A stretch of DNA of 64,000 nt from a virus (taxonomy: Duplodnaviria; Caudoviricetes): IMG/VR virus record IMGVR_UViG_3300005670_000019; one strand, 5' to 3'. Position 1 is the first letter of the stretch, and every line of letters starts with the position of its first letter. The notes under the pieces are model-generated. The model did not search any database and was not told the DNA's origin. It was given only the letters and a program-made list of their open reading frames with translations. Of this stretch, positions 8,548 through 18,273 are shown piece by piece. Position numbers and translations under genes: made by a program.

Positions 8548-10017
8548 ATGAACTTAGTAGATGAACAGATGATTGAAGAAATAAACGAAGAAACCATACA
8601 GCCAGACGACGACGAAAAACAGCAGAAAAAGCATTTCTCATTTGATAGGAACTTCCAAGAGAAGATTGTTCAAGTTCTATTTCATGATAAGGCATGGGCA
8701 TCTCAAATCCAAGAAATCTTGGATCCATCCTTCTTTGAATATGCGTACCTGCAAGTCATAACACAGATTTATTTCAACTACAACAACAAATACAGAGAAT
8801 ATCCTTCAATTGAACTTCTTAGCACATTGATTGCAGAAAGTTTCAAGTTGAAGAAGATCAAGACAGATCAGTTGTTGATTGCTCAAGTTAGAGCATTTCT
8901 TCCTAAGTTAGTTGAACCAACTAATGTTGGTGACTTTGCTTTTGTAAAAGAGAAAACAACCGACTTCTGTAAAAGAGTCGTTCTTCAACAAGCTCTCGAA
9001 GTATCTGTTTCCAACATTCAAAGAGGAGACTATGACGGCGTTGCTGAAACAATTAGAAAAGCCCTTGCAAAAGGAATGACTAATACAAAGGGTTTGGATT
9101 TGTTCAACCCAGCAGACATTGATGCAAGATACAATGGAGTATTTCGTAGAACAATTCCAACTGGTCTTGATGAACTTGATGGCAGAACCATTTTGAATGG
9201 TGGTCTTGGTCAAGGTGAGATTGGATTTGTTGTTGCTATGTCAGGTGTTGGTAAGAGCCATCTTCTTACTCACTTTGGAGCTGAAGCAATGCGTCGTGGT
9301 TTCAATGTTCTTCACTACACATTTGAGTTGAATGAAGGTGCTATTGCTATTCGATATGACTCAAACTTGATTGGTGTTGATTCATCTTATTGCTTTGAAC
9401 ACAAAGAAGCAATCAAGAAGATGTATGAAGACAACAAGGACGTGTTTGGACGTTTGATTATCAAGCATTATCCAACAAACCAAGCGAATGTAAACGTTCT
9501 TCGAGGACACATTGAAAAGTTGAAGACCGACGGATTCTCGCCGGATCTCATTCTTGTGGACTATGCTGGCATCATGCGTTCAACTGAAAAGAGCGATCTT
9601 CTTCGTATTGAGTTGAAGAAGATTACGGAAGAGCTTCGAGCTTTGGCAGACGAAGTGCGTGTTCCTCTTTGGACAGCTCTTCAAGCTAACAAGGAAGCCG
9701 CAGGAAATGATATTGTTGACATGACAAACATGGCAGAGAGCTTTGCTCAAGCTGCGGCAGCAGATTTTATTCTTGGTCTTGCAAGAAAGTCAGAGCAAAA
9801 ATCGACAGGTATTGGAACGTTGTTCATTGCCAAGAACAGAGCAGGAAAAGATGGATTGAAGTTCAATATTCATCTTGACACAGCTCAATCAAGATTGCGA
9901 TTTCTGAATAGTTCAGAAACACCTACATCTGGATATACTTCAAAAGCTGGAAAAGAAGCTTGGAAGCGAATTCAAGATGGACTCGATGGTACTTCTATGA
10001 AGTTAGAAAATTTGTGA
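8548..10017 (+). CDS. DnaB/gp41-like replicative helicase
   Basis: Walker A AMSGVGKS, YTFEL, LVDYA, WTALQAN, AKNRAG; probable start ATG 8548. Confidence 0.92.
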   Translation: MNLVDEQMIEEINEETIQPDDDEKQQKKHFSFDRNFQEKIVQVLFHDKAWASQIQEILDPSFFEYAYLQVITQIYFNYNNKYREYPSIELLSTLIAESFKLKKIKTDQLLIAQVRAFLPKLVEPTNVGDFAFVKEKTTDFCKRVVLQQALEVSVSNIQRGDYDGVAETIRKALAKGMTNTKGLDLFNPADIDARYNGVFRRTIPTGLDELDGRTILNGGLGQGEIGFVVAMSGVGKSHLLTHFGAEAMRRGFNVLHYTFELNEGAIAIRYDSNLIGVDSSYCFEHKEAIKKMYEDNKDVFGRLIIKHYPTNQANVNVLRGHIEKLKTDGFSPDLILVDYAGIMRSTEKSDLLRIELKKITEELRALADEVRVPLWTALQANKEAAGNDIVDMTNMAESFAQAAAADFILGLARKSEQKSTGIGTLFIAKNRAGKDGLKFNIHLDTAQSRLRFLNSSETPTSGYTSKAGKEAWKRIQDGLDGTSMKLENL

Positions 10018-10028
10018 GTTGAGAAGAG

Positions 10029-12524
10029 ATGGAATACAAAGAAGCGTTTGATTTAGCAAAACAATATTTCAAGGGAGATGACCTTGCGGCAACTGTTTTC
10101 CTTGGAAAGTATGCCTTGAAATCACCAAAAGGTGATATTGAAGAGCCAACACCAGAATACATGCATCGACGTCTTGCAAAAGAATTTGCAAGAATTGAAG
10201 CAAAATATCCGAATCCAATGAGTGAAGAGGAAATCTTTGGTTTGTTCAAAGACTTCAAGTATGTTGTTCCGCAAGGCTCACCGATGGCAGGTATTGGAAA
10301 TCCATATCAGGTAATGAGCCTTTCAAACTGCTTCGTTATTGAAAGTCCATATGATAGCTACGGAGGCATCCTCAAAACCGACCAAGAAGAAGCTCAGTTG
10401 ATGAAACGACGTGGTGGTGTGGGATTTGATATTTCCACCATTCGCCCAAAGGGAATTCACACAAACAATGCTGCTAAGACAACAGATGGTATTGGCGTTT
10501 TCATGGAACGCTTCTCAAACACTTGTCGTGAAGTTGCTCAAGGAGGAAGACGTGGTGCTTTGATGCTTTCAATTTCAGTACATCATCCTGAGATTGAAAC
10601 TTTCATCAACATCAAAAGAAGTTTAGATAAAGTCACCGGAGCAAATATCTCTGTTCGTGTTTCTGATGAGTTTATGAATGCTATAAAGGCAAACGAAGAA
10701 TATGAAGTTCGTTTCCCTGTTGATGCAGGGCTTGATGATTCCAAATATTTGGTTCGACAGAAAATCAAAGCGGCTGACATTTGGAATCAACTTATCGAAG
10801 GTGCTCATGCATCAGCAGAACCAGGCGTTCTTTTTTGGGACACAATCAAAAAGCGTTCACCGGCAGACGCCTATACAGAGTTTCAGACAACATCAACAAA
10901 CCCATGCGGCGAGATCGTTTTGTCGCCATATGATAGCTGCCGTCTTTTGCTTTTGAACGTTCTTTCCTTTATTGAAAATCCATTTGAAGACAATGCGCAC
11001 TTCAACCGTGAACTCTTTCTTGAGGTCGCCAAAAAAGCACAAAGACTAATGGATGACATGGTTGATTTGGAGATTGAAGCAATCGATCAAATTCTTGAGA
11101 AGATCAAGAATGATCCTGAGCCAGAGGATGTAAAGAAGATTGAAATTGACCTTTGGAGCAAAATTCGTCAAGCTTGTGTTCGAGGACGCCGAACAGGACT
11201 TGGAGTGACAGCAATTGGTGATGCGCTAGCTGCACTCAATGTCAGATACGGTTCTGAGGAGTCAGTTGATTGGGTCGAAGTGTTCTACAAAACACTTGCT
11301 CTTGGTGCTTATACTTCAACGGTTGAAATGGCAGAAGAGCGCGGAGCCTTCGAAGCATTTGACTATGAACTTGAAAAAAACCATGAATTCTTGAAACAAG
11401 TTTTCTATGATGAAATGATGCCAAAAGACATACTGGTAAAGTGGGCTAAATTTGGCAGAAGAAATATTGCTCTTACGACAACAGCACCAGCAGGTTCCGT
11501 TTCTGTTTTGACACAAACAACTTCTGGTATCGAACCAGCTTTCGAAGTTGTCTATACACGTCGAAGAAAGATCAATCCGGAAGATGCCGTTTCAAGAGTT
11601 GATTTTGTTGATGCTCTTGGAGATAAATGGCAAGAATACAAGGTTTACCATCACCAATTCAAAAAGTGGATGGAAGTAACGGGATGGGAAAACGTTGAAG
11701 ATAGCCCATATTGGAAGGCTAGAGCAAATGACGTCGATTGGGAAGCCTCAGTTGACCTCCAGGCAGCCGCACAAAAATGGGTCTGTCACGCCATCAGCAA
11801 AACATGCAACCTGCCCTCAGACGTCTCTGTGGATTTGGTAAAACAGGTCTACGAGCGTGCATGGGCGACTGGATGTAAGGGTTTCACGATTTATCGTGAT
11901 GGTTCTAGGTCTGGTGTTCTTGTCACAGAAACAAAATCAGATGAAAAGAAAACTTCATCATTTGATGAGCATCATGCACCAAAACGTCCAGCAGAGCTTT
12001 CTTGTAAGGTTATGCACACTACAGTAAAGGGTGAAAAATGGACATTCTTTGTTGGAGTTTTGGATGATAAGCCATATGAGATTATGGGTGGTCTTTCAAA
12101 ACTAATTTCTATTCCAAAAAGAGTAAAAGAAGGAAAGATTGTAAAACACAACGGACCTTCAAATCCTGTTGCAAGATATGATTTTCATTATGACTTTGAA
12201 AAAGGTCCAGAAGAAGAAACCATAATTCGTGATATCAACAAAGTTTTTGAAAATGCAACGGAAGCTGCATTTACAAGAACCCTATCACTTGCAATGCGCC
12301 ACGGAACTCCTGTACAATATGTTGTGGAGCAGCTTCTCAAGGGTTCTGAGAAAGACGATGATCTTTTCTCGTTCTCAAGAGCTGTTTCAAGAGTATTGAA
12401 GTCTTTCATTGCAGATGGAACAAAAGCTTCCGAAAAGAAGTGTTCCGTTTGTTCATCAACTGATTTGATTTATCAAGAAGGTTGTGTGACCTGTAAGGCT
12501 TGTGGAAACAGTAAGTGTGGATGA
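10029..12524 (+). CDS. nrdJ: class II (adenosylcobalamin) ribonucleotide reductase
   Basis: SNCF, RRGA, TNPCGE, APAGS, SGIEP, YRDGSR; C-terminal Cys-rich ribbon ending CGNSKCG; no R2 gene alongside. Confidence 0.93.
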   Translation: MEYKEAFDLAKQYFKGDDLAATVFLGKYALKSPKGDIEEPTPEYMHRRLAKEFARIEAKYPNPMSEEEIFGLFKDFKYVVPQGSPMAGIGNPYQVMSLSNCFVIESPYDSYGGILKTDQEEAQLMKRRGGVGFDISTIRPKGIHTNNAAKTTDGIGVFMERFSNTCREVAQGGRRGALMLSISVHHPEIETFINIKRSLDKVTGANISVRVSDEFMNAIKANEEYEVRFPVDAGLDDSKYLVRQKIKAADIWNQLIEGAHASAEPGVLFWDTIKKRSPADAYTEFQTTSTNPCGEIVLSPYDSCRLLLLNVLSFIENPFEDNAHFNRELFLEVAKKAQRLMDDMVDLEIEAIDQILEKIKNDPEPEDVKKIEIDLWSKIRQACVRGRRTGLGVTAIGDALAALNVRYGSEESVDWVEVFYKTLALGAYTSTVEMAEERGAFEAFDYELEKNHEFLKQVFYDEMMPKDILVKWAKFGRRNIALTTTAPAGSVSVLTQTTSGIEPAFEVVYTRRRKINPEDAVSRVDFVDALGDKWQEYKVYHHQFKKWMEVTGWENVEDSPYWKARANDVDWEASVDLQAAAQKWVCHAISKTCNLPSDVSVDLVKQVYERAWATGCKGFTIYRDGSRSGVLVTETKSDEKKTSSFDEHHAPKRPAELSCKVMHTTVKGEKWTFFVGVLDDKPYEIMGGLSKLISIPKRVKEGKIVKHNGPSNPVARYDFHYDFEKGPEEETIIRDINKVFENATEAAFTRTLSLAMRHGTPVQYVVEQLLKGSEKDDDLFSFSRAVSRVLKSFIADGTKASEKKCSVCSSTDLIYQEGCVTCKACGNSKCG

Positions 12525-12547
12525 TGAAACAGGAAAGTAAACAATAA

Positions 12548-12766
12548 ATGTCAAAAGAAAAAGTGTATCCGCCTCCGGGCTACAAGGTTCTAACATTTCG
12601 AATAGAATTTAGGGACCCTAATCGCACTCCCACAAATGAAGAAGTTGATATAGCGATGAAAGCCATTTTGGAAGAAATGGAAAAAAATCATGATTGTAAA
12701 GTTGTTACTCCTGAAATAAAAAAAGAATGGAAAGAAAGGCAAGAGGAGTGGTATGGGAAAAAATAA
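12548..12766 (+). CDS. stand-alone partial FDX-ACB (PheT anticodon-binding) domain protein
   Basis: PPGYKVLTFRIEFRDPNRTPTNEEVDIAMKAILEEM matches the PheT C-terminal pattern G.KSL.F.L.FR...RTL..EEV. Confidence 0.7.
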   Translation: MSKEKVYPPPGYKVLTFRIEFRDPNRTPTNEEVDIAMKAILEEMEKNHDCKVVTPEIKKEWKERQEEWYGKK

Positions 12767-13016
12767 ATGGATCATTGGAGAAACGGAAGATAAACAAAAG
12801 CTCGTTTGTAATAAAGATGAGCAAGGAAATCTTCAATTCACTTTCAATGGTGGTTGGACACTTCCCAAAGTCAAAATCGACAAAGAAGAATTCACTTCAC
12901 TTTTCCATGACCTTTTTTCACCTGGGGAAAGTCTCCCAGATACAAGCGAGGAAGAAGACCCTAATGTCTGGGATGGTTCGTTAGATTGGCATGAGTGGAA
13001 TGAAAGAAAAAGATGA
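12753..13016 (+). CDS. hypothetical protein
   Basis: 87-aa ORF in a coupled gene string. Confidence 0.6.
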   Translation: MGKNKWIIGETEDKQKLVCNKDEQGNLQFTFNGGWTLPKVKIDKEEFTSLFHDLFSPGESLPDTSEEEDPNVWDGSLDWHEWNERKR

Positions 13017-13477
13017 GTACATACGTTCTAAAAACCCATCTTTATACTGGTGCCTGGAAAAACCAGTATGGAGCCGTCATTCTCTTCAAAGAAGAATCTT
13101 TTTTTGACGCATATCAATATGGGGTTGAGAAAAACAAGGGTAGTATAGAACGGTGGGAACTTAAGAGTTGGGAGTTTGATGGAGAGAACTGGAAACTCTT
13201 GAGAACAACCACAATCGACCCTTTACTTCAACCACATGAAATCAATCCTACTCGTGATAATGTTCTCGATTATTACAATATCGAGTTTTCTTTTGGAAAA
13301 CCAATTATTGGAAAAACTAGTGAAAAAGATTTCAATGAAGGATTCATTGTCTCTGTTCCTGGGTTGAGTCCGTGTCCTTGGTGTGCTGCAAATATGGATA
13401 CAGGTACATCAAGCTACAAAGCAGTTTGCGTGAAAAATCCTCTACATAAAGCTATTTGGCTTCCATGGGGAGGATGA
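13013..13477 (+). CDS. hypothetical protein with C-terminal CPWC...C...H zinc-binding motif
   Basis: PCPWC...AVCVKNPLH. Confidence 0.6.
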   Translation: MSTYVLKTHLYTGAWKNQYGAVILFKEESFFDAYQYGVEKNKGSIERWELKSWEFDGENWKLLRTTTIDPLLQPHEINPTRDNVLDYYNIEFSFGKPIIGKTSEKDFNEGFIVSVPGLSPCPWCAANMDTGTSSYKAVCVKNPLHKAIWLPWGG

Positions 13478-13480
13478 AGT

Positions 13481-13927
13481 ATGTCTAAAATAAAAATGTT
13501 TCTAATTGCTTATGACCAACGTGAGTGGGTTGGTTCTCAAGATCAACCATTCAATGATGGTCCTTACAGTGGATTCCGTCATAGAGAAATCGAAGTCTCG
13601 AACTTTAGGCTCTATCGAACGGACAGTTTCTATCCGGACATATCTCACATTTCATACTCAGATTATGAAACTATCGAAAATGATGCAGCATATGATACTG
13701 AGGGTCCGTTTGTTGCTGTTATAAACTTGTTTACAGACGGGGGAACATTTGGACGAACGAGTGGATATGTTGAAATTCATGGTGTTTTTCATGCGTCTGA
13801 TCAAATAGCGATCGATGAGTGTGCCAAAAAGGCTCGTGAAAGAGATTACGGATACTTTGGAAATCTTGATCAAACCATCGTTGAACATTTTGACACAGCT
13901 CCATTTTTGACAGGGAGGTCAAAATGA
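13481..13927 (+). CDS. hypothetical protein
   Basis: 148-aa ORF, SD GGAGG. Confidence 0.65.
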   Translation: MSKIKMFLIAYDQREWVGSQDQPFNDGPYSGFRHREIEVSNFRLYRTDSFYPDISHISYSDYETIENDAAYDTEGPFVAVINLFTDGGTFGRTSGYVEIHGVFHASDQIAIDECAKKARERDYGYFGNLDQTIVEHFDTAPFLTGRSK

Positions 13928-14313
13928 CATTTGATGAATGGTGGGTTGAATACACAACTCCAGAGATGAGAGCAGACCTAAAAGCATATTATGGTTTGAC
14001 GTTTGAAACACTTCGTTCAATTGTCGAAAAGGAAGGAATTTGCCCTTCTTCTAAATTGGATATAAAAATTCATTCTTATCCAATTGCTGGTCGTACCCTC
14101 GGTTTCAAATTCGCTTTCATAAGCGACGGCGAAATTCTTCATGAAAGAGAACTTACACCTAAAACTATGTTAGGACCAGGGGATCTTTTTGAAGAAGATG
14201 CTGCAATTCCTCGCTATTTTTCAAATGATGGAAAGTTGTATAGAAAGTATGGCGGAAAATTAGAAGCAGGGCAACTTGTTGATGGCGAGTTTCAACCAGA
14301 TGAGGTCAAATGA
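13924..14313 (+). CDS. hypothetical protein
   Basis: 129-aa ORF, SD GGAGG, ATGA overlap. Confidence 0.65.
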   Translation: MTFDEWWVEYTTPEMRADLKAYYGLTFETLRSIVEKEGICPSSKLDIKIHSYPIAGRTLGFKFAFISDGEILHERELTPKTMLGPGDLFEEDAAIPRYFSNDGKLYRKYGGKLEAGQLVDGEFQPDEVK

Positions 14314-14459
14314 AAACAGAAATGAAGGCACGTATTCGTTGGTTGATGCACAACACCTTGGTTCATCCAATATGTGGAATTCTTTGGTTTTTTGAATTCA
14401 ATGAATTGGCTGATCGGATCCATAATCTAGATGATTATGGTGAAATTTTCTTTGAATAA
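14310..14459 (+). CDS. small hypothetical protein (49 aa), not in the ORF track
   Basis: MKTEMKARIRWLMHNTLVHPICGILWFFEFNELADRIHNLDDYGEIFFE; ATGA overlap with the upstream stop and fills the gap. Confidence 0.6.
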   Translation: MKTEMKARIRWLMHNTLVHPICGILWFFEFNELADRIHNLDDYGEIFFE

Positions 14460-14468
14460 GGTAAAGAA

Positions 14469-14942
14469 ATGACTGATAAAAAGTTAGTGTTCAAAGTTTC
14501 GGACTTTTTGGAAGAACAAGGATTTCTTGATGTAAATGAGGGAGAAGTCCCTGATGAAGCCACGAGACTTTCTTGGCAAGAAAGAAGAAAAAAAGATGAT
14601 GAATATGATATGCGTCGGTCGAATGAAGTTCATACATTTTCCGCCACAAATGTTAGACCAGTTTTTCCTTACAATGAAGTTGATAGAAGTAAAATCCTTG
14701 CAAAGGTTTTATCGTATTTAGAACAAACTCCAACAACATATACAAATTTAGAAAGAACTTTTCTTTCTGGTTGGAATTCTCCAGTTCGTGGACATAGAGT
14801 TGATTTTCGAAACCTGATCAAGTATGCAATTGATAAAGGTTTTATCGAAATGGATGGATCATTGAAACTCCAATGTAAACTTTCTAGAGGAGAGTTTGAA
14901 GAAAGAAGTAGTGAGATATTGGAAGATTTGATTGAGGTCTAA
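14469..14942 (+). CDS. hypothetical protein
   Basis: 157-aa ORF. Confidence 0.6.
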   Translation: MTDKKLVFKVSDFLEEQGFLDVNEGEVPDEATRLSWQERRKKDDEYDMRRSNEVHTFSATNVRPVFPYNEVDRSKILAKVLSYLEQTPTTYTNLERTFLSGWNSPVRGHRVDFRNLIKYAIDKGFIEMDGSLKLQCKLSRGEFEERSSEILEDLIEV

Positions 14943-15163
14943 TGAATTTTTTGCCGAAAAGTGCAGCGTGGATTTTCTTTGCTCTTAGAGAAGACGGTGT
15001 CAAAACAAAGTTGATTTATATCAAAAACAAAGACATGAGAAACATTCTTGCAGCCAATCAAATATATTTCAAACATCTTGTTGGAGAGGTTTTCTTTCTA
15101 AATGAAGAACAGTTTGAGTTCTTGAACCAGAAGAATATCCTTGGAACGTTCCTTTTTATTTGA
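14942..15163 (+). CDS. hypothetical protein
   Basis: 73-aa ORF, TAATG coupling. Confidence 0.5.
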   Translation: MNFLPKSAAWIFFALREDGVKTKLIYIKNKDMRNILAANQIYFKHLVGEVFFLNEEQFEFLNQKNILGTFLFI

Positions 15164-15179
15164 AAAGTCGAGAAACTCT

Positions 15180-15428
15180 ATGATTGATATTCTTGGTAAA
15201 AACATTGTTTTTCGGATCAATAGATCCTGGTATGTGTTCCCAGTTGTCCATAACGATAAAGTTCGTCACTGTCAATACGAACAAACAAATCCAAAGACAA
15301 CAATGCAAGGCAAGGTTGTAGGATTCACAGAAGGACGTTTTTTTCAAATTGAAATTGATGGCTTTCCAATAGGATCAACAGCCGAAATAATAGAAGAATG
15401 CATAGAAATAGTCAAGATACTTGATTGA
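15180..15428 (+). CDS. hypothetical protein
   Basis: ORF, probable start MIDILG. Confidence 0.45.
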   Translation: MIDILGKNIVFRINRSWYVFPVVHNDKVRHCQYEQTNPKTTMQGKVVGFTEGRFFQIEIDGFPIGSTAEIIEECIEIVKILD

Positions 15429-15431
15429 TTT

Positions 15432-15452
15432 GGGAGCAACCGCTCCCTTTTT
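15432..15452 (+). terminator. intrinsic terminator
   Basis: GGGAGC-AACC-GCTCCC-TTTTT, immediately followed by a TACTTA motif. Confidence 0.7.
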
Positions 15453-15465
15453 CATACTTATTCTC

Positions 15466-16320
15466 ATGACAAAACTAAAGAAAATTCTCTTTGAACAAGA
15501 AGATATGGTTCCAAAAGAACGTGGCTCAATGCATGTCTCAAAAGGTGATGACGAACGCTTTTGGGGAAACCGTGGAGCAGGCATTCTTCTAATTGCAAAA
15601 GATACAGGGAGACTTCTGTTGGTTTTGCGTTCAAATGAAGTAAACGAACCAGGCACTTGGGGAATACCTGGCGGAGCCATTGATGACGAAGATGAAAGCG
15701 AAGTTAGTGCCGCAAAAAGAGAAGCACATGAAGAAGTTGGATATCGTGGTCCAATCGAAATTCATGCTTCATATGTTTTCAAAGCTGCTAAGTTTAGATA
15801 CTTCAACTTCATTGGGATCGTTCCAAAAGAGTTTGAGCCTCGACTTGATTGGGAAAATGATGAAGCTGGATGGTTTTCCATGGATGAACTTCCGTCACCT
15901 CTTCACTTTGGTTTGAAAGCCCTTCTTCAAAACTCCGCAAAGCAGATTGCTTCATTTACTGTTTCGGCTCAAGACCTTCAGGAGGCTTTCATTTCCGACC
16001 TTGATGAAAGAGAACTTCCTTCAAACGAAAGTCTGTGGGATAAAGCAAAACAGCTCGCGATGGTAAAGTTTGGTGGAGTTCCGACAAGTAAAGGTTATAA
16101 GTGGGCAAAGAAATGGTACCACTTCAAGGGCGGCAATTGGAATGAAGTAAAGCCAAAAGTCAGAGAGGCTCTCATTCATGAAATGAATGCAATTTCTGCT
16201 GGTGGCGCATCTCTTGTTTCATCGGGACAAATTGCTGGTTCTGCCAATGCTCCAATTGGTTCAAAGGCAAGAAAAAAAGCTAAGCAGAAAATGTGGGCAG
16301 AATACAAAATAAACAAATGA
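15466..16320 (+). CDS. Nudix hydrolase with K..L.E leader and basic C-terminal module
   Basis: Nudix box GGAIDDEDESEVSAAKREAHEEVG; starts MTKLKKILFEQ; C-terminal LWDKAK...WAKKWY..KGGNW module. Confidence 0.85.
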   Translation: MTKLKKILFEQEDMVPKERGSMHVSKGDDERFWGNRGAGILLIAKDTGRLLLVLRSNEVNEPGTWGIPGGAIDDEDESEVSAAKREAHEEVGYRGPIEIHASYVFKAAKFRYFNFIGIVPKEFEPRLDWENDEAGWFSMDELPSPLHFGLKALLQNSAKQIASFTVSAQDLQEAFISDLDERELPSNESLWDKAKQLAMVKFGGVPTSKGYKWAKKWYHFKGGNWNEVKPKVREALIHEMNAISAGGASLVSSGQIAGSANAPIGSKARKKAKQKMWAEYKINK

Positions 16321-16640
16321 CATTACCTCTTTTCATTGATGAAGAAAAAAAGAAAAAGTGGTCTTATGAGAAAGAGCCACTGACATACTATGTCATTTCA
16401 AAAAAGACACCAGATGAAGTGTTGATAACTGGCATTCCAAAAGGAACACAGGTTCTAAATCAGTTTGCCATGAAGAAAAGGATTCCAAACCCAAAACTTG
16501 GATTATTCATCTACTACTTGGACAATGCTCAAGTGACCGAAAAAAGAGGAAGAGCCTTTCTTTCTCAAGATGTAAAACCGGAAGATATTTTTTTCTTTGA
16601 CTTTGGAGAATGGACTTCAATCATATCACTCTATCCATAA
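16317..16640 (+). CDS. hypothetical protein
   Basis: ORF, probable start MTLPLF overlapping the upstream stop. Confidence 0.55.
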   Translation: MTLPLFIDEEKKKKWSYEKEPLTYYVISKKTPDEVLITGIPKGTQVLNQFAMKKRIPNPKLGLFIYYLDNAQVTEKRGRAFLSQDVKPEDIFFFDFGEWTSIISLYP

Positions 16641-16652
16641 CAGGACGTTGAT

Positions 16653-16985
16653 ATGTTGGAGTGGTTCAAGTCAAAAATATCAAAAAAACCATCAAAATCA
16701 AAAAAAGAAATACTCTCTCAACTTGAAAGAGGTGACCTTGTAAAGGTATCATTGAGAGACAAAGACTATTTCAAAAGATGTTATCCCGGAGGAACTTCAA
16801 GATTTGATCAAGAACTTATCAATGAAAGAGTTTTCATTGGTAATATTACCAATTGTCATTGGAGACAACAAGAAAAGATTTGGGTTGTTTCAGTCTCAGT
16901 TGGAAGAAGATATGGAATGAGAGAGTTCCTTATTCTGGAAGATGAAATAGAACAGATTAGAAAGATAAATCAAAATGACGTGTGA
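16653..16985 (+). CDS. hypothetical protein
   Basis: 110-aa ORF. Confidence 0.55.
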   Translation: MLEWFKSKISKKPSKSKKEILSQLERGDLVKVSLRDKDYFKRCYPGGTSRFDQELINERVFIGNITNCHWRQQEKIWVVSVSVGRRYGMREFLILEDEIEQIRKINQNDV

Positions 16986-17838
16986 AGTAAAGATAATCGA
17001 AGATACCGTTGGATATGGAAGAAGACTCACGACTTTTCAGTTGAGGTATCCACGTTTTATTCACTCTGAATTGATGACCCACAGAGTTTTCAGTCGGAAT
17101 GCATCATCTTCCCGTGCCATTCCAACAGCAAAGCTTCTTGAAATGGTAAAAATAGATCCAGCCATGCCTGTGTATTGGGGAAAGAATCAATCAGGTATGC
17201 AAGCAAATGAAGAACTTGATGAAGAGACAAAGCAGAAGGCAATCCAAGTTTGGCTTGAGACACGTGACCTTGTTGTTGAACAAACAAAGAAAATGATCGA
17301 TCTTGGTGTTCATAAACAAATTGCAAATCGAATGCTTGAACCTTGGCATTACATTCATGTTGTTCTGACAGCAACAGAGTTTGAAAACTTCTTTGAGCTT
17401 CGGTGTCACAAAGATGCTCAGCCAGAAATCAAAGAACTGGCTGACATGATGAGAAACGAATACAACAAGATGAAAGTCACAAAATCTTGTGATGAGCATT
17501 GGTGGCACCTTCCTTATGTAACTCAGGAAGAAAGAGATCAGCATTCTTTGACCGATCTTTTGAAGATTTCAACTGCAAGGTGTGCAAGAGTTTCTTATAT
17601 GAATCATGATGGAACCGCAACAGACATTGAAAAAGATAGAAAACTTCATGACATGCTTGTTGTTGCTCAACCTCCCCACATGTCTCCAGCAGAACATCAA
17701 GCTGTATTTTTGAATCCAGAAAAAGCTTATGGAAACTTCATGGGATGGAAACAATACAGAAAGTATCTTGAAACAAATTTCACAGCAGAAAATATTGGAA
17801 ATGATCCAATCTACTCATTTAGAAATGAGGACCGATGA
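16975..17838 (+). CDS. thyX: flavin-dependent thymidylate synthase
   Basis: ELMTHRVFSRNASSSRAIP, NFFELRC...AQPEI, HMSPAEHQA. Confidence 0.9.
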   Translation: MTCEVKIIEDTVGYGRRLTTFQLRYPRFIHSELMTHRVFSRNASSSRAIPTAKLLEMVKIDPAMPVYWGKNQSGMQANEELDEETKQKAIQVWLETRDLVVEQTKKMIDLGVHKQIANRMLEPWHYIHVVLTATEFENFFELRCHKDAQPEIKELADMMRNEYNKMKVTKSCDEHWWHLPYVTQEERDQHSLTDLLKISTARCARVSYMNHDGTATDIEKDRKLHDMLVVAQPPHMSPAEHQAVFLNPEKAYGNFMGWKQYRKYLETNFTAENIGNDPIYSFRNEDR

Positions 17839-17997
17839 AAAAGAAAAAGGAAGCTGATGAAACATTTACGGAACAGTTTTCAAATAACATTCCAAATGAA
17901 CTTGAATGCGTAAACTCAGCAATCAAATACATGAAATGTGAACCAACTTTTCATTTTTCCTTGAAAGTAAAATGCGTTCTCGCTATAGTAGGGATGT

Positions 17998-18273
17998 ATG
18001 ACAAATCCAACAGATGAAGACCTCCGCAAAAAGCTTTTTGCTCTACGAAATAAGAGTGTTGAGAAAACGAATCTACCTCTTGCCATAGAAAAGATCACGA
18101 ACATTATTCGTACATGTGGACCTGTAAGAGCAAAGGAGGTCCGTCTACTAATGGAGGAGATAGGATTTTCACCATTTCTTTCTCGTACAGCAATTGCAAA
18201 AATGTGGGATACCGGACTCATAAATGTCTCCAATGAACAATATCTTCTATTGGTAGAGGATAAAAAAGAATGA
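17998..18273 (+). CDS. putative winged-helix DNA-binding protein
   Basis: GPVRAKEV...SRTAIAKMWDTGLINV; own promoter at 17961-17989. Confidence 0.5.
   Translation: MTNPTDEDLRKKLFALRNKSVEKTNLPLAIEKITNIIRTCGPVRAKEVRLLMEEIGFSPFLSRTAIAKMWDTGLINVSNEQYLLLVEDKKE

Noticed and set aside
10029-12524. intein or intron in RNR, helicase or RecA
   Set aside because: Lengths are ordinary, motifs are contiguous, and no intein splice-junction or LAGLIDADG motifs were seen.
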